Assembly: GCA_045600085.1 (NCBI GenBank)
Contig: JAZRXF010000094.1
Span: 6,111-70,110, forward strand
From: Lachnospiraceae bacterium
Lineage (GTDB): Bacteria; Bacillota; Clostridia; Lachnospirales; Lachnospiraceae
Direction of reading: 5' to 3'
DNA length: 64,000 nucleotides
Positions 1 through 9,893 of this stretch are shown here, piece after piece. A program made the translations under genes and the position numbers. The notes under the pieces were generated by a model, which saw only the letters and a list, made by a program, of their open reading frames with translations, ran no database searches and was not told where the DNA came from. Within the stretch, counting starts at the first letter, position 1. Each line of letters begins with the position of its first letter.

Positions 1-1043
1 TGACTAGGTACGGCCATAACAGCACCTGTACCATAGCTTGCAAGTACGAAGTCTCCAATGAACATACGAACTTCCTTGCCATTAACTGGGTTAATACATG
101 TTACACCCTTAAGCTCACAACCTGACTTTGTCTTGTTGAGCTCTGTACGGTCCATATCATTCTTAGACTTTGTCTCATTAATATAAGCTTCTACTTCTTC
201 TCTGTTCTGTACTCTGTCAAGAAGACTAGCTGTAATATCTCCATCTGGAGCAAGAACCATGAATGTAATACCATAGATAGTCTCAATACATGTTGTAAAG
301 ATAGAGAACTTGCCACCACCAACGATGTCAAACTCAACCTCTACACCTGTAGACTTACCAATCCAGTTACGCTGAATAGCCTTAGTAGACTCTGGCCAAT
401 CGATTTCCTCAAGTCCCTCTAAAAGCTTCTCTGCAAATTCTGGCTGGTTGATAACCCACTGCTTCATATTCTTTCTGATAACAGGATATCCACCACGCTC
501 TGACTTACCGTCAATAACTTCATCATTAGAAAGAACTGTACCAAGCTCCTCACACCAGTTAACTGGCATATCGATATACTTGGCATATCCATCTTCATAT
601 AACTGCTTGAAGATCCACTGTGTCCATTTATAGAAGCTTGGATCAGATGTTGCAAGCATCTTTGACCAGTCATAGTCAAATCCAAGTTCCTTAAGCTGCT
701 TAGAAAATGTTTCAATATTAGACTGTGTGAATCCGTTAGGATGATTACCTGTAGTTACAGCGTACTGCTCTGCAGGAAGACCAAATGAATCATATCCCAT
801 TGGATGAAGGACATTATAGCCCTGCATTCTCTTCATTCTAGATACGATATCTGTTGCTGTATATCCTTCTGGATGACCTGCATGAAGGCCTACTCCTGAT
901 GGATATGGAAACATATCAAGAGCATAGAACTTTGGCTTAGAAAAGTCCCATACATCTGTCTTAAAAGTCTCATTATCTGCCCAATACTTCTGCCACTTTT
1001 TCTCTATCTCGGCAGGATTGTAAACATTTTCTCCGTTCTTCAT
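1..1043 (-). CDS. leuS: leucine--tRNA ligase, N-terminal part (gene runs off the window start)
   Basis: Minus-strand frame is open to the window edge. From the ATG at 1043 it reads [28 protein letters not shown]..., with the class-I HIGH region [16 protein letters not shown] and then [14 protein letters not shown]. It is missing from the ORF track because no stop lies inside the window. Confidence 0.93.
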   Translation of the reverse strand, partial: MKNGENVYNPAEIEKKWQKYWADNETFKTDVWDFSKPKFYALDMFPYPSGVGLHAGHPEGYTATDIVSRMKRMQGYNVLHPMGYDSFGLPAEQYAVTTGNHPNGFTQSNIETFSKQLKELGFDYDWSKMLATSDPSFYKWTQWIFKQLYEDGYAKYIDMPVNWCEELGTVLSNDEVIDGKSERGGYPVIRKNMKQWVINQPEFAEKLLEGLEEIDWPESTKAIQRNWIGKSTGVEVEFDIVGGGKFSIFTTCIETIYGITFMVLAPDGDITASLLDRVQNREEVEAYINETKSKNDMDRTELNKTKSGCELKGVTCINPVNGKEVRMFIGDFVLASYGTGAVMAVPS

Positions 1044-1105
1044 TTATCAATACCTCGTAAATATTTTATTACAACAAATTTAGTGTACTTTTTTTATAAA
1101 AAATG

Positions 1106-2191
1106 TCAAGGTAATACTATACCATGCTCCAAATAAAATTCATGCCACGAAGTATAATGTGTGGCATAAAGATGAACATCATCCCATGTATACGCTTTAA
1201 CCAGCGCGCCATATTCATCATCAAATATCGGATTAACATCTATATAGAAGATATCCACACCATTTGCTAACTGACTAAGTCCCTGATTTCTATCATTAAT
1301 AGCTGTATTATTAATATAAGAACCTGACATATCAAGGTCATGTGATACATGCATAATTGCCTGTACAAATATGATAGCATCGGGCTGAAGTTCTCTTATC
1401 TCATTAAGTACTTCCACATAGTGGTCTACAAAATACGCAGTATCACCTGTTCCAAGCTCATTGATACCTACCATTATATATACTTTAGCAAAGCTCTCAC
1501 TCTCTAGTACTTCTCTAACTGTTCGTCTTGCTGGATCTGTTTCGCACCTTTCATCCATCATAGAATAAACTGTCATGGCAGTCTTGCCAAGAAAACAAGC
1601 ATTACTCATACCTGCATACTCACTAACACCTACCATACGAGAATCACCAATAAATACTGCATCATCAAAATAAGAATCATCCACTGTGGTGAAATCTAGT
1701 GGCTCAGTATTAACTACGACGTCATTAATATCAGCGCTATTGTCACTGACACCCTTAATGGCCTCATCTATAACAGCTTCCATACCTGATAATGATAGTG
1801 AACCAAGCTCATAAAACTTAATCTCACTCATCAAGCCTTCACCAGGAGTGACACCATACTTACCAATAGGCACTTTTGTAGAAGCTGTAATGTCAGAACC
1901 CCTTTTGTTGTAGTACATATTATATATGGCATCCATTGTACTGTTAGATGCATCAGCCAGCTGATAATCAAAAGCATATGAAGAATCCTGATAATTCCAT
2001 GGAAAAACACCTTCTCGCATATTATTAGTTGCGTCGGCCATGAGTTCTCCAATATTAGTCACGCTTTTTCCACTAGTTAGTCCAAGGAAAGCACCATATC
2101 CAAATATTGATAAACATACCAAAATAACCATGCCTGTTAACATGATTTCACTAATCGATATGCTATTTTTCTTAATCTTACTGTTCTCCAT
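1106..2191 (-). CDS. membrane-anchored SGNH/GDSL-family hydrolase or O-acyltransferase partner of the upstream MBOAT protein
   Basis: 361 aa with an N-terminal TM helix (MLTGMVILVCLSIFGYGAFLGL). SGNH blocks are FIGDSRMVG, GINELG and DDVHLY. The gene lies 19 nt downstream of the MBOAT gene on the same strand. Confidence 0.75.
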   Translation of the reverse strand: MENSKIKKNSISISEIMLTGMVILVCLSIFGYGAFLGLTSGKSVTNIGELMADATNNMREGVFPWNYQDSSYAFDYQLADASNSTMDAIYNMYYNKRGSDITASTKVPIGKYGVTPGEGLMSEIKFYELGSLSLSGMEAVIDEAIKGVSDNSADINDVVVNTEPLDFTTVDDSYFDDAVFIGDSRMVGVSEYAGMSNACFLGKTAMTVYSMMDERCETDPARRTVREVLESESFAKVYIMVGINELGTGDTAYFVDHYVEVLNEIRELQPDAIIFVQAIMHVSHDLDMSGSYINNTAINDRNQGLSQLANGVDIFYIDVNPIFDDEYGALVKAYTWDDVHLYATHYTSWHEFYLEHGIVLP

Positions 2192-2210
2192 AATAAGTCT
2201 CTCTTTCTAG

Positions 2211-3596
2211 CTAAAAATCAAAATACATAAAAGGATTATTCATACCCTTTGAAATACTAAATAAGCTGAGTACAAAAAGTAATATACAAAGGAATGATGA
2301 AACTAGCTTCCTTCTGCTTGCAAGCATTCCCCTATACACCTTGGGAATACAAAGCACAATCGCAATCAGCATAATTGGCCCATACATCCTGCAATACTTG
2401 ATATAATCGCCTGCAAGAATATTGGACTCATATCCCACTTTAATAAATGGAAACATTCTTGTTAAATATACCCAGAGTCTTCTGATATCTGTTATTGCAA
2501 ATATCACCCAGCTAACTACTATTACAAAGTTCAAGTAGATTCTGGATAATATTTTTGTCTTATTTAAAAGCTTTGCCAAAAACAACTTTTCAAAAGCTAT
2601 AAATACAAAGAGTACCCCTGCCCAAATCAAATAATTCAGGCTTCTTCCATGCCATACTCCTGTTGCAAGCCATACTACAAAAAGATTGAAAAGAGTGGCT
2701 ACGCTTCCTTTTCTATTACCTCCAAGTGGTATATAAATATAATCTCTAAACCACTGGCCAAGTGTTATGTGCCACCTTCTGTAAAACTCACCTACACTTT
2801 TTGCTGCATATGGACTATCAAAGTTTACAGGGAGTCTAAACCCTAGCATACTGCCAAGCCCCATAGCCATCAGTGTATAACCACAAAAATCAAAATATAG
2901 CTGCAAAGAAAACGCTACTGCGCCCATCCATGCAAGCGGAGTAGATATACTCTCAAAACCTATTTTTTCCAATTCAAAAAATAGTAGGCCCACCCTATCA
3001 GCTAATAAAACCTTCATTGCAAGACCCATAATAAAAAGCTTTAGAGCTCTATCAAATCTTCCTAGGGTTATCTTCCTATTTACAAGAGCATTCGAAAACC
3101 TGTCATATCTGGTGATAGGCCCCTGAAGAAGCTTAGGAAACATTGTAATATAGGCAAAATACCGTATAACACTGGCCTCAGCCACACTTTTCTTTTTATA
3201 AACATCTATCAAATACGCAATAATAGTAAATGAATAGAAGCTAAGTCCAAGCGGAAGTGCTTTCACATAATATTTATAAACAAGTAGAACCGCCAGAATA
3301 ACTACAAGACCAGACACAAATACAAAACCTCGCATCTTCTGATAGTCTGGTTTATTTCCAAAATAAGATATTCCTCTGGCAATAAGAAAGCCATATAAGC
3401 TAATTAGCACCAAAATCAAAATATTATAAAAATGACCTGACACATAATCAGCATAAAAAACAAAGGCCAAGCTTCCTACCGTTATCCAAATATTGGCTAA
3501 TACTTTGCTATTTTTATTAAGTTTTAATAGGGTATAGTAAATGACAAGAAATAATGGTAAAAAAACTATGATAAATTCGAATGTTGAAAAAGACAT
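2211..3596 (-). CDS. MBOAT-family membrane-bound O-acyltransferase (AlgI/DltB/PatA-like)
   Basis: 461 aa polytopic protein with the MBOAT signature RRWHITLGQWFRDYIYIPLGGNRKG...ATGVWHG. Confidence 0.85.
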   Translation of the reverse strand: MSFSTFEFIIVFLPLFLVIYYTLLKLNKNSKVLANIWITVGSLAFVFYADYVSGHFYNILILVLISLYGFLIARGISYFGNKPDYQKMRGFVFVSGLVVILAVLLVYKYYVKALPLGLSFYSFTIIAYLIDVYKKKSVAEASVIRYFAYITMFPKLLQGPITRYDRFSNALVNRKITLGRFDRALKLFIMGLAMKVLLADRVGLLFFELEKIGFESISTPLAWMGAVAFSLQLYFDFCGYTLMAMGLGSMLGFRLPVNFDSPYAAKSVGEFYRRWHITLGQWFRDYIYIPLGGNRKGSVATLFNLFVVWLATGVWHGRSLNYLIWAGVLFVFIAFEKLFLAKLLNKTKILSRIYLNFVIVVSWVIFAITDIRRLWVYLTRMFPFIKVGYESNILAGDYIKYCRMYGPIMLIAIVLCIPKVYRGMLASRRKLVSSFLCILLFVLSLFSISKGMNNPFMYFDF

Positions 3597-3632
3597 AAAT
3601 ATAGTACCAATTCCCCGTCAAAACTTATACCC

Positions 3633-3660
3633 AATATAACATTGTGCTAAGACGTGTCAA
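3633..3660 (-). promoter_or_regulatory. candidate sigma-A promoter for the MBOAT/SGNH pair
   Basis: Minus strand reads TTGACA (3660..3655), a 16-nt spacer ending in TGT, then TATATT (3638..3633). The -10 is about 37 nt upstream of the ATG at 3596. Confidence 0.35.
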
Positions 3661-3732
3661 TTTTATTTGTGCAACATTTTGTAACATAAATGTAACAACT
3701 CGTCGCATTCCCTTATGGGCTCTAGTTTTGAC

Positions 3733-3785
3733 AAAAAATAAAAAAAATAAGGAAAATTTTATGTCGTTAACATAAGACTCTCCTT
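3733..3785 (-). terminator. putative intrinsic terminator after the EamA-family gene
   Basis: Minus strand reads AAGGAGAGTC-TTATGT-TAACG-ACATAA-AATTTTCCTT, followed by ATTTTTTTTATTTTTTTT. This is an imperfect extended stem plus a long U-tract. Confidence 0.45.
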
Positions 3786-3836
3786 ATCGTAAACCCTTGT
3801 ATTTACTGGGTTTGAGGCACTTTATAAAATTTCGAC

Positions 3837-4679
3837 TTACAAAATCGCAACAAAAATTCCTGCGATGATAACAGCTGCACATATCAGCTTATAACTAACA
3901 TTTTTTTCTTTAAAAACTAACTTTCCACCTAAAATTGTTACAATGCATCCACTTTGTTTGATAAGTGTCATAACAGTAACTTTACTTTCCTGATATGCAT
4001 TGGCTTCAAAAAGCGCCTTATCCGCCAAAACAAATAAAAGAGCCAGTAGCCATATCCACCCATTCTTCCAGACGCTCATACTTATTTTAGTTTTTGTAAT
4101 TAGTACATAAATAAGATAATAGCCTACAAGAAACAACATATACCATACCTGAAGCTGTTCACTGGTAACATCCCTCATAAGAATCTTATCCATAAGACCT
4201 GATATGGCATTTAATATACACGATGCAAATGCAGCCAGTACATATATGGGCCTTACACCCTCACTCTCGCTTTTCTTTCCAGGCTTAAACTTTAGCATTA
4301 ATAGCCCAAGACTTACTAATACAAGTCCTACTACCTGACCTGGCTTCATAATCTCATGAAGAACTATAATACCTAGACTAGTAGCAAAAAGCACTCGCGA
4401 TAAATCAAGTATTCCATACAAGCTTACCGGCATGGATTTAAGTGCTCTAAATGAAAATATCCACGCTAGAAATATACAAAAAGATTTAAGTGCGATCCAA
4501 AAATAGAATCTTGACTCCAGCCCTCCTGCCATCGGAACCTGAGGTAGCACCATTATGCACGACAAAAAAGTATATGCCAAAAGCACTTCCATAACCGTAT
4601 TCCTGGTCATGGCTTTCTTCTTCACTATCTCTCTGGCACCTTTAGCAAGGCCATAAAACAGAGTAAGTAACATCCACAT
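3837..4679 (-). CDS. EamA/DMT-family transporter
   Basis: 280 aa with about 10 hydrophobic segments arranged as two EamA-like halves. Confidence 0.8.
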   Translation of the reverse strand: MWMLLTLFYGLAKGAREIVKKKAMTRNTVMEVLLAYTFLSCIMVLPQVPMAGGLESRFYFWIALKSFCIFLAWIFSFRALKSMPVSLYGILDLSRVLFATSLGIIVLHEIMKPGQVVGLVLVSLGLLMLKFKPGKKSESEGVRPIYVLAAFASCILNAISGLMDKILMRDVTSEQLQVWYMLFLVGYYLIYVLITKTKISMSVWKNGWIWLLALLFVLADKALFEANAYQESKVTVMTLIKQSGCIVTILGGKLVFKEKNVSYKLICAAVIIAGIFVAIL

Positions 4680-4699
4680 TTAAAGTTTCCTACCTTACT

Positions 4700-4939
4700 C
4701 TATAAATACTCAAACATTTTTTCAGCATCTTCCTTATGAAGAGGTGCCTTGGTATCAAGGACTTTAACCTTTGTCTCTTTATTACCAAAGGTAACAACTA
4801 TTACATCACCTGGCTTAACCTCAAGCGATGCCTTCGCAATTTTATCATTCACAGTGATTCTTCCTGCGTCGCATGCTTCATTGGCAATGGTTCTACGCTT
4901 TATAATTCTTGATTCCTTTAAATACTTGTCTAATCTCAT
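4700..4939 (-). CDS. rqcP: S4-domain RNA-binding protein, RqcP/YabO (Hsp15-like ribosome quality-control factor)
   Basis: 79 aa. MRLDKYLKESRIIKRRTIANEACDAGRITVNDKIAKASLEVKPGD closely follows the B. subtilis YabO S4 pattern. Confidence 0.8.
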   Translation of the reverse strand: MRLDKYLKESRIIKRRTIANEACDAGRITVNDKIAKASLEVKPGDVIVVTFGNKETKVKVLDTKAPLHKEDAEKMFEYL

Positions 4940-4991
4940 TGATTTTACCTCTACTTCCTATTGAGATCTCTTACTGCCTTTTATAATCCAC

Positions 4992-6443
4992 CTAAAGTTG
5001 TGTTAATTCAGCAAAAGAATAATGTTCATCGGCTGTAATATTATCTAACTCCAGTGTATAACTTCTGGTATTATACCCTTCTTTTCGAAGTGTAACTATC
5101 GCAAAGCCTTCTTTCTTTTTAAAAGATGTTGGAGCAATACCTATATATGTACCGTCAACATAAACCTCCACCTCAGATGGTCCGTCTATATACACTCTTG
5201 CTCTTTCATCTGCCACTATAATATCGCTGCTTTGACTAGGTACAGTATTATTTGATACTGTACTATTATCTGCTACCTGATTGCCACTAACACCAGCTGC
5301 CTGATTAACTGATACAGCTGGGGGCTGCGAACTGTTATTTGACACAGATGGCTGAGGTGCTGTGATAATATAATTTTCTGAAACTGTGCTGTTGTTTGAT
5401 ACCGATGTTTCCTGCTTGGTATTTTCCTTTTCAAGTGTCACATCAATATTGGCGCTACTAGAACCAACCTTGAGATATTTTGATATTGTCTTGTATCCCT
5501 TGGCTGATATATTCATCTGATGAATACCATATTCTAATTCTACTGGACTAGAAACATCAACCTGCTTACCATCAATTAATACCTTGGCGTCATCTGGGCT
5601 AACTATAAAAACAATGCTTCCCTTTTTAGCCTCGCCTTGCCAACCACTCACATCGATGCTATATTCCTTACCGGCTTCGACCTTTAACTTCTCGGTCCCG
5701 ATACATCCAAGATGCGATACTGTTACCTCTATCTCACCTGTTGGTATGGCAAGAAGCATTTCATCCTGGATCTGATAAACCTTATTATTATCTACTTCAA
5801 TAAAGCCACCCACAAAAAAACTGTCATTTTCAAGTCGTAAATATCCGTGACTTCTATCGATAATGATACTATCAATAGTATGTCCAAAACCCTGAACCGT
5901 CAGTACATCAACATCATTGATATCCATTAGCTCAGCTTCCCCGCCTGGACCTATAATAACAACATCATTTGATACAGCATACTCTTCTTTTCCTATAATC
6001 ATCTTTTTGGAACTAAGCTCATAATCCTGTATCCCGCTTACTACGAAAGCATCACCTGATAGCTGAAGACTGTTTAGTCTTTTTGACGACTTCATGAAAT
6101 TAAGATTAACTATATCGCCTTCGCTTACCTGAGCAAATGAAAGTGCCTGACCATACTTATCATAAAATGTTGTCGCACCATCATAATTAAGCGTGTATTT
6201 CTTACATATACTAAGTGTCATAAATGTCACTGTACTATTATCTACATCTTTGCTTATGATTATGGCAGTATCAGCACTGTCATAATTACCTGGAACGGAC
6301 ATATAAAAGCCTGTACCTGGCTGATTGGTGCCTGCTGCCCCTGGTTCCTTGGTACACGCCACAAGACTAAGCACTGCTAAACACATTAAGCAAACAAGAA
6401 TATTCTTTTTTATAGTATTCTTTTTTAAAGAACTGTCTTTCAT
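4992..6443 (-). CDS. PEGA-domain lipoprotein
   Basis: Lipoprotein signal ILVCLMCLAVLSLVAC. Two PEGA-like modules are present (SPDDAKVLIDGKQVDVSSP...ISAKGYK and VEVYVDGTYIGIAPTSF...LRKEGYN), joined by an S/N/V-rich linker. The ORF-track start at 6458 is TTG, so I use the in-frame ATG at 6443. Confidence 0.7.
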   Translation of the reverse strand: MKDSSLKKNTIKKNILVCLMCLAVLSLVACTKEPGAAGTNQPGTGFYMSVPGNYDSADTAIIISKDVDNSTVTFMTLSICKKYTLNYDGATTFYDKYGQALSFAQVSEGDIVNLNFMKSSKRLNSLQLSGDAFVVSGIQDYELSSKKMIIGKEEYAVSNDVVIIGPGGEAELMDINDVDVLTVQGFGHTIDSIIIDRSHGYLRLENDSFFVGGFIEVDNNKVYQIQDEMLLAIPTGEIEVTVSHLGCIGTEKLKVEAGKEYSIDVSGWQGEAKKGSIVFIVSPDDAKVLIDGKQVDVSSPVELEYGIHQMNISAKGYKTISKYLKVGSSSANIDVTLEKENTKQETSVSNNSTVSENYIITAPQPSVSNNSSQPPAVSVNQAAGVSGNQVADNSTVSNNTVPSQSSDIIVADERARVYIDGPSEVEVYVDGTYIGIAPTSFKKKEGFAIVTLRKEGYNTRSYTLELDNITADEHYSFAELTQL

Positions 6444-6481
6444 ATATTTCACTAACAATCTACAGATAAAGAGCTCTACTC

Positions 6482-7822
6482 CTATACAACCTGATTTCGA
6501 TACTCATCTAAATGGTCTATTAGGTATTCTCTGTTATTATGCTCTGGTTCATCAATTACATCCTGAAGCATCGCTTCAAGAATCTGCCCAAGTCCTCTGC
6601 CTGGTGCTATACCAAGCTTAATCAAATCGCTTCCACTGATAACAAGGTCCTTCAACTTAAAGCAATTATTGGCTTTACAAACTTCACTATATATTTCTTC
6701 TAGTCGACAAATTGCCTGAAGTTTCTCTTCTCTCATATAATCGCTTTGCGCCATTACATCGGCGTACTTAACCTTAAGCAAGCGTGGGAAAGCGTTGTCA
6801 CTAAGCTTATTAAGTACTTTTCTTACGCTCTTCGCATTCTCATCTATCTGTCTATCATGATTAGCTGCAAGCTCAGCAACCGCGTCAATAGTAGCATTGT
6901 CATATTTTAGTCGTCGCATTATGTCTCTGGCCATATCGGCACTCATTGCTGGATGCCCCCAAAAATGTGTAACACCTTGCTCATCAACCTGCATAGCCTG
7001 TGGTTTTGCCATATCATGAAAAAGCATGGCTAATCTTATAACTTTATCTACAGGTGTATATTTTAATGACTGAAGAATATGCTCACCCACATCATACATA
7101 TGATGCTTATGCTGTTGCTTGGTTCCCATTGCAATATCAAACTCCGGCATAAATATGCTTGTAAGCTTAGTATCATAAAAAAGCTTAAACATATACGGAT
7201 TGTCTGATATTAATAGTTTATCCATTTCAACACGTATACGCTCTGCACTAATTTTAGACAAATTGTCCCTAAGCTTAGCTATAGCTGCATATGTGTCTTT
7301 TTCTATATCATAGCCAAGCTGAGCAGCGAATCTTATTGCACGCATCATTCGAAGTGCATCCTCGCTGAACCTGTCTTCTGCACAGCCAACTGCTCTTACA
7401 ATTCCTTTTTCAAGATCACTCTCACCACCAAAAAGATCTACAAGTCCTGTCTTTGGATGGTATGCCATCGCATTAATCGTAAAATCTCGGCGTTTAAGAT
7501 CATCCGACAGCTGACTGGTATAGGTAACACTATCAGGATGACGTCCATCACTATAGTCTCCATCAATACGATAGGTAGTTACCTCATACTGGTCATCACC
7601 CATAAGTATTGTTACAGTTCCGTGCTTTAGCCCTGTATCTATTGTACGTCTAAAAAGTGCTTTTACTTCATATGGATTAGCCGATGTTGTTATATCCCAA
7701 TCATTAGGTTCTCTGCCAAGCAGAGAATCCCTAACGCATCCGCCGACAACATATGCTTCATAACCCGCTTCATTTATTCTATTTATTATTTCTTCTGCAC
7801 CAGCAGGTATCTTTATTGTCAT
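6482..7822 (-). CDS. cca: CCA-adding tRNA nucleotidyltransferase
   Basis: Motifs: YVVGGCVRDSLLGREPNDWDITT, RRDFTINAMAY, and a C-terminal HD region (LFHDMAKP). The ATG at 7822 (MTIKIPAG) is preceded by AAGGA, so the ORF-track start at 7855 is probably an over-extension. Confidence 0.9.
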   Translation of the reverse strand: MTIKIPAGAEEIINRINEAGYEAYVVGGCVRDSLLGREPNDWDITTSANPYEVKALFRRTIDTGLKHGTVTILMGDDQYEVTTYRIDGDYSDGRHPDSVTYTSQLSDDLKRRDFTINAMAYHPKTGLVDLFGGESDLEKGIVRAVGCAEDRFSEDALRMMRAIRFAAQLGYDIEKDTYAAIAKLRDNLSKISAERIRVEMDKLLISDNPYMFKLFYDTKLTSIFMPEFDIAMGTKQQHKHHMYDVGEHILQSLKYTPVDKVIRLAMLFHDMAKPQAMQVDEQGVTHFWGHPAMSADMARDIMRRLKYDNATIDAVAELAANHDRQIDENAKSVRKVLNKLSDNAFPRLLKVKYADVMAQSDYMREEKLQAICRLEEIYSEVCKANNCFKLKDLVISGSDLIKLGIAPGRGLGQILEAMLQDVIDEPEHNNREYLIDHLDEYRNQVV

Positions 7823-7869
7823 GTACATCCTTATACAATAGAAAAAACTCTTCATATTTCTATTGCCAC

Positions 7870-7902
7870 AAAAAAACTGAGTGATACTTCTATCACTCAG
7901 TT
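7870..7902 (-). terminator. intrinsic terminator downstream of the acyl carrier protein gene
   Basis: Minus strand has CTGAGTGATA-GAAG-TATCACTCAG, a perfect 10-bp stem, followed by TTTTTTT. Confidence 0.6.
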
Positions 7903-7962
7903 AATAATAACAAAATTCCAAGATTATTGCATCCTTAATGAATACAAGATAAATACCTGATA

Positions 7963-8202
7963 TTAATCCTCATCAATACCCATAGACTTGATGTATTCAA
8001 TAACATCGCCTACTGTCTCAAAGTTCTCAAGCTCTTCGTCATCAACCTTGATTCCGTACTCATCCTCAAGTGCCATAACAAGCTCCATAAGTTCAAAAGA
8101 ATCCGCTCTTAAATCCTGCTTGAAAGATGTTTCCTCTGTTATTACCATACCTGGTGATACATGTAACTGCTCAGCTATTATTTCTGCAATCTTCTCTAAC
8201 AT
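7963..8202 (-). CDS. acpP: acyl carrier protein
   Basis: MLEKIAEIIAEQLHV...FKQDLRADSFELMELVMALEDEYG shows the ACP phosphopantetheine-serine context (DSF rather than the usual DSL). The ATG at 8202 has GGAG upstream. Confidence 0.8.
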   Translation of the reverse strand: MLEKIAEIIAEQLHVSPGMVITEETSFKQDLRADSFELMELVMALEDEYGIKVDDEELENFETVGDVIEYIKSMGIDED

Positions 8203-8293
8203 ATATTCTTTTCTCCGGTTTTTTCTTAAATATATTGTCCGAGTAACCCTCAAGACAATTGTAGTATAGTAACAAGGATAATATTTGTCAACA

Positions 8294-9133
8294 TCATTTT
8301 ATAAGATAATCGTATACTTCTCTTTTGCTAATTCCTCTGTCTTTTGCGACCATTTTCATTGCTTCTTTTCTATCGATTCCCTGACCTTCATACATACTCA
8401 TATGCTCTTCTATACTCATTGAATCAAAGCTCTGCTGCTTTTCCTTTTGAAGTTCCTCAATATCTCTGCCTTCTATAACAAGAACATATTCTCCTCTTGG
8501 ATCTTCATTTTCATACATATCAAGAGCCGAATCTATCGTTGTTGGAAGTACAGTTTCAAATCTCTTAGTTAATTCTCGGCATATAGATATCTTTCTATCA
8601 CCTAAAGCTTCGCTTAATTCCTTCAAGGTTTTAACCAAGTGGTGAGGAGCCTCATATATAATGATTGTCCTTGTTTCTGCTGTCAACAATTCAAGTATGG
8701 ATTTTCTCTCCTTTTTATCTGATGGCAAAAATCCTTCAAAACAAAATCTTCTTGTTGATAGCCCTGACATTGTAAGAGCTGTAATACAAGCGGCTGGACC
8801 TGGAAGGGACGTTACCACTATTCCTTCTTCCTGACACATTTTAACAAGGACTTCACCTGGATCTGAGATAGCTGGCGTACCTGCATCTGAAATAAGTGCA
8901 ATATTCTGTCCTTCGTGCAGCTTCGCTATAAGCGTTCTTGCCTTATCCACCTTGTTATACTCATGATAGCTTGTCATAGGAGTCTTAATGCCAAAATGAG
9001 TAAGTAAATGTATGCTATTGCGAGTATCTTCTGCTGCTATGAGATCTACTGTATTTAATGTTTCTAAGACCCTTGCTGTTATATCGCCAAGGTTTCCTAT
9101 TGGCGTCGCACAAAGATATAATTTACCATCCAT
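8294..9133 (-). CDS. rsmI: 16S rRNA (cytidine1402-2'-O)-methyltransferase
   Basis: The start LYLCATPIGNLGDITARVLETL...AAEDTR is typical of RsmI/YabC. Its position after ricT and the yabB-like gene matches the Bacillus order. Confidence 0.9.
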   Translation of the reverse strand: MDGKLYLCATPIGNLGDITARVLETLNTVDLIAAEDTRNSIHLLTHFGIKTPMTSYHEYNKVDKARTLIAKLHEGQNIALISDAGTPAISDPGEVLVKMCQEEGIVVTSLPGPAACITALTMSGLSTRRFCFEGFLPSDKKERKSILELLTAETRTIIIYEAPHHLVKTLKELSEALGDRKISICRELTKRFETVLPTTIDSALDMYENEDPRGEYVLVIEGRDIEELQKEKQQSFDSMSIEEHMSMYEGQGIDRKEAMKMVAKDRGISKREVYDYLIK

Positions 9134-9149
9134 TTATCTATCTCCAATA

Positions 9150-9893
9150 TTAATATCCATATATATCATATATCTCATCCATATATACACCAGGTTCTTT
9201 ATATATAATAAGAGGCTTTTCTACTGTAAGTCTTGGTCTGCCACCTTTTGCTGCATCAATTAGCACCATATTGGGTTCCTTGTCTGCATATGGATATATA
9301 AGCTGCATACGCTTTGGCTCTAGATGATACTTATTCATAAGAACAAATATCTCCGATAATCTAAAAGGCCTGTGAACCATATAAAAATGTCCACCAGATT
9401 TTAAAAGCATCGATGCACTTCTTATCACATCCTCTAACGAACATAACACCTCATGTCTTGCAATTGTTTTGGGTTCATCTGTATTCTTAAGCCCATGACT
9501 ATTGATCATATATGGTGGATTACATGTAACTACTTCAAAAGAAGCAGGACAAAATATTTTTCCTGCTTCCTTAATATCACCTGTTACAATATCGATTTTG
9601 TCCTGGAGATTGTTAAGTAACACACTTCGCCTAGCCATATCTGCACTTTCTTCCTGAATTTCTAATGCTGAAAAATGACTGGCTTCGCACTTGGCAGAAA
9701 GAAGAATCGGTATTATACCTGTTCCTGTCCCAAGATCTAAAACCTTGCTGCCTCTTCTTATATAATCCGCGGCAAATCCTGTAAGTAATACTGCATCCAT
9801 ACCAAAACAGAATTTCTCAGGATTCTGTATTATCTTAAGATTATTGCGCTGTAAATCATCCAATCTCTCGTTGTCTTTAAGATTAATTGTCAT
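9150..9893 (-). CDS. SAM-dependent N6-adenine methyltransferase (YabB/TrmN6-like)
   Basis: SAM motif VLDLGTGTGIIPILL and catalytic VVTCNPPYM. I prefer the ATG at 9893 (MTINLKDNERLDD), which overlaps the ricT stop by 11 nt. Confidence 0.8.
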   Translation of the reverse strand: MTINLKDNERLDDLQRNNLKIIQNPEKFCFGMDAVLLTGFAADYIRRGSKVLDLGTGTGIIPILLSAKCEASHFSALEIQEESADMARRSVLLNNLQDKIDIVTGDIKEAGKIFCPASFEVVTCNPPYMINSHGLKNTDEPKTIARHEVLCSLEDVIRSASMLLKSGGHFYMVHRPFRLSEIFVLMNKYHLEPKRMQLIYPYADKEPNMVLIDAAKGGRPRLTVEKPLIIYKEPGVYMDEIYDIYGY

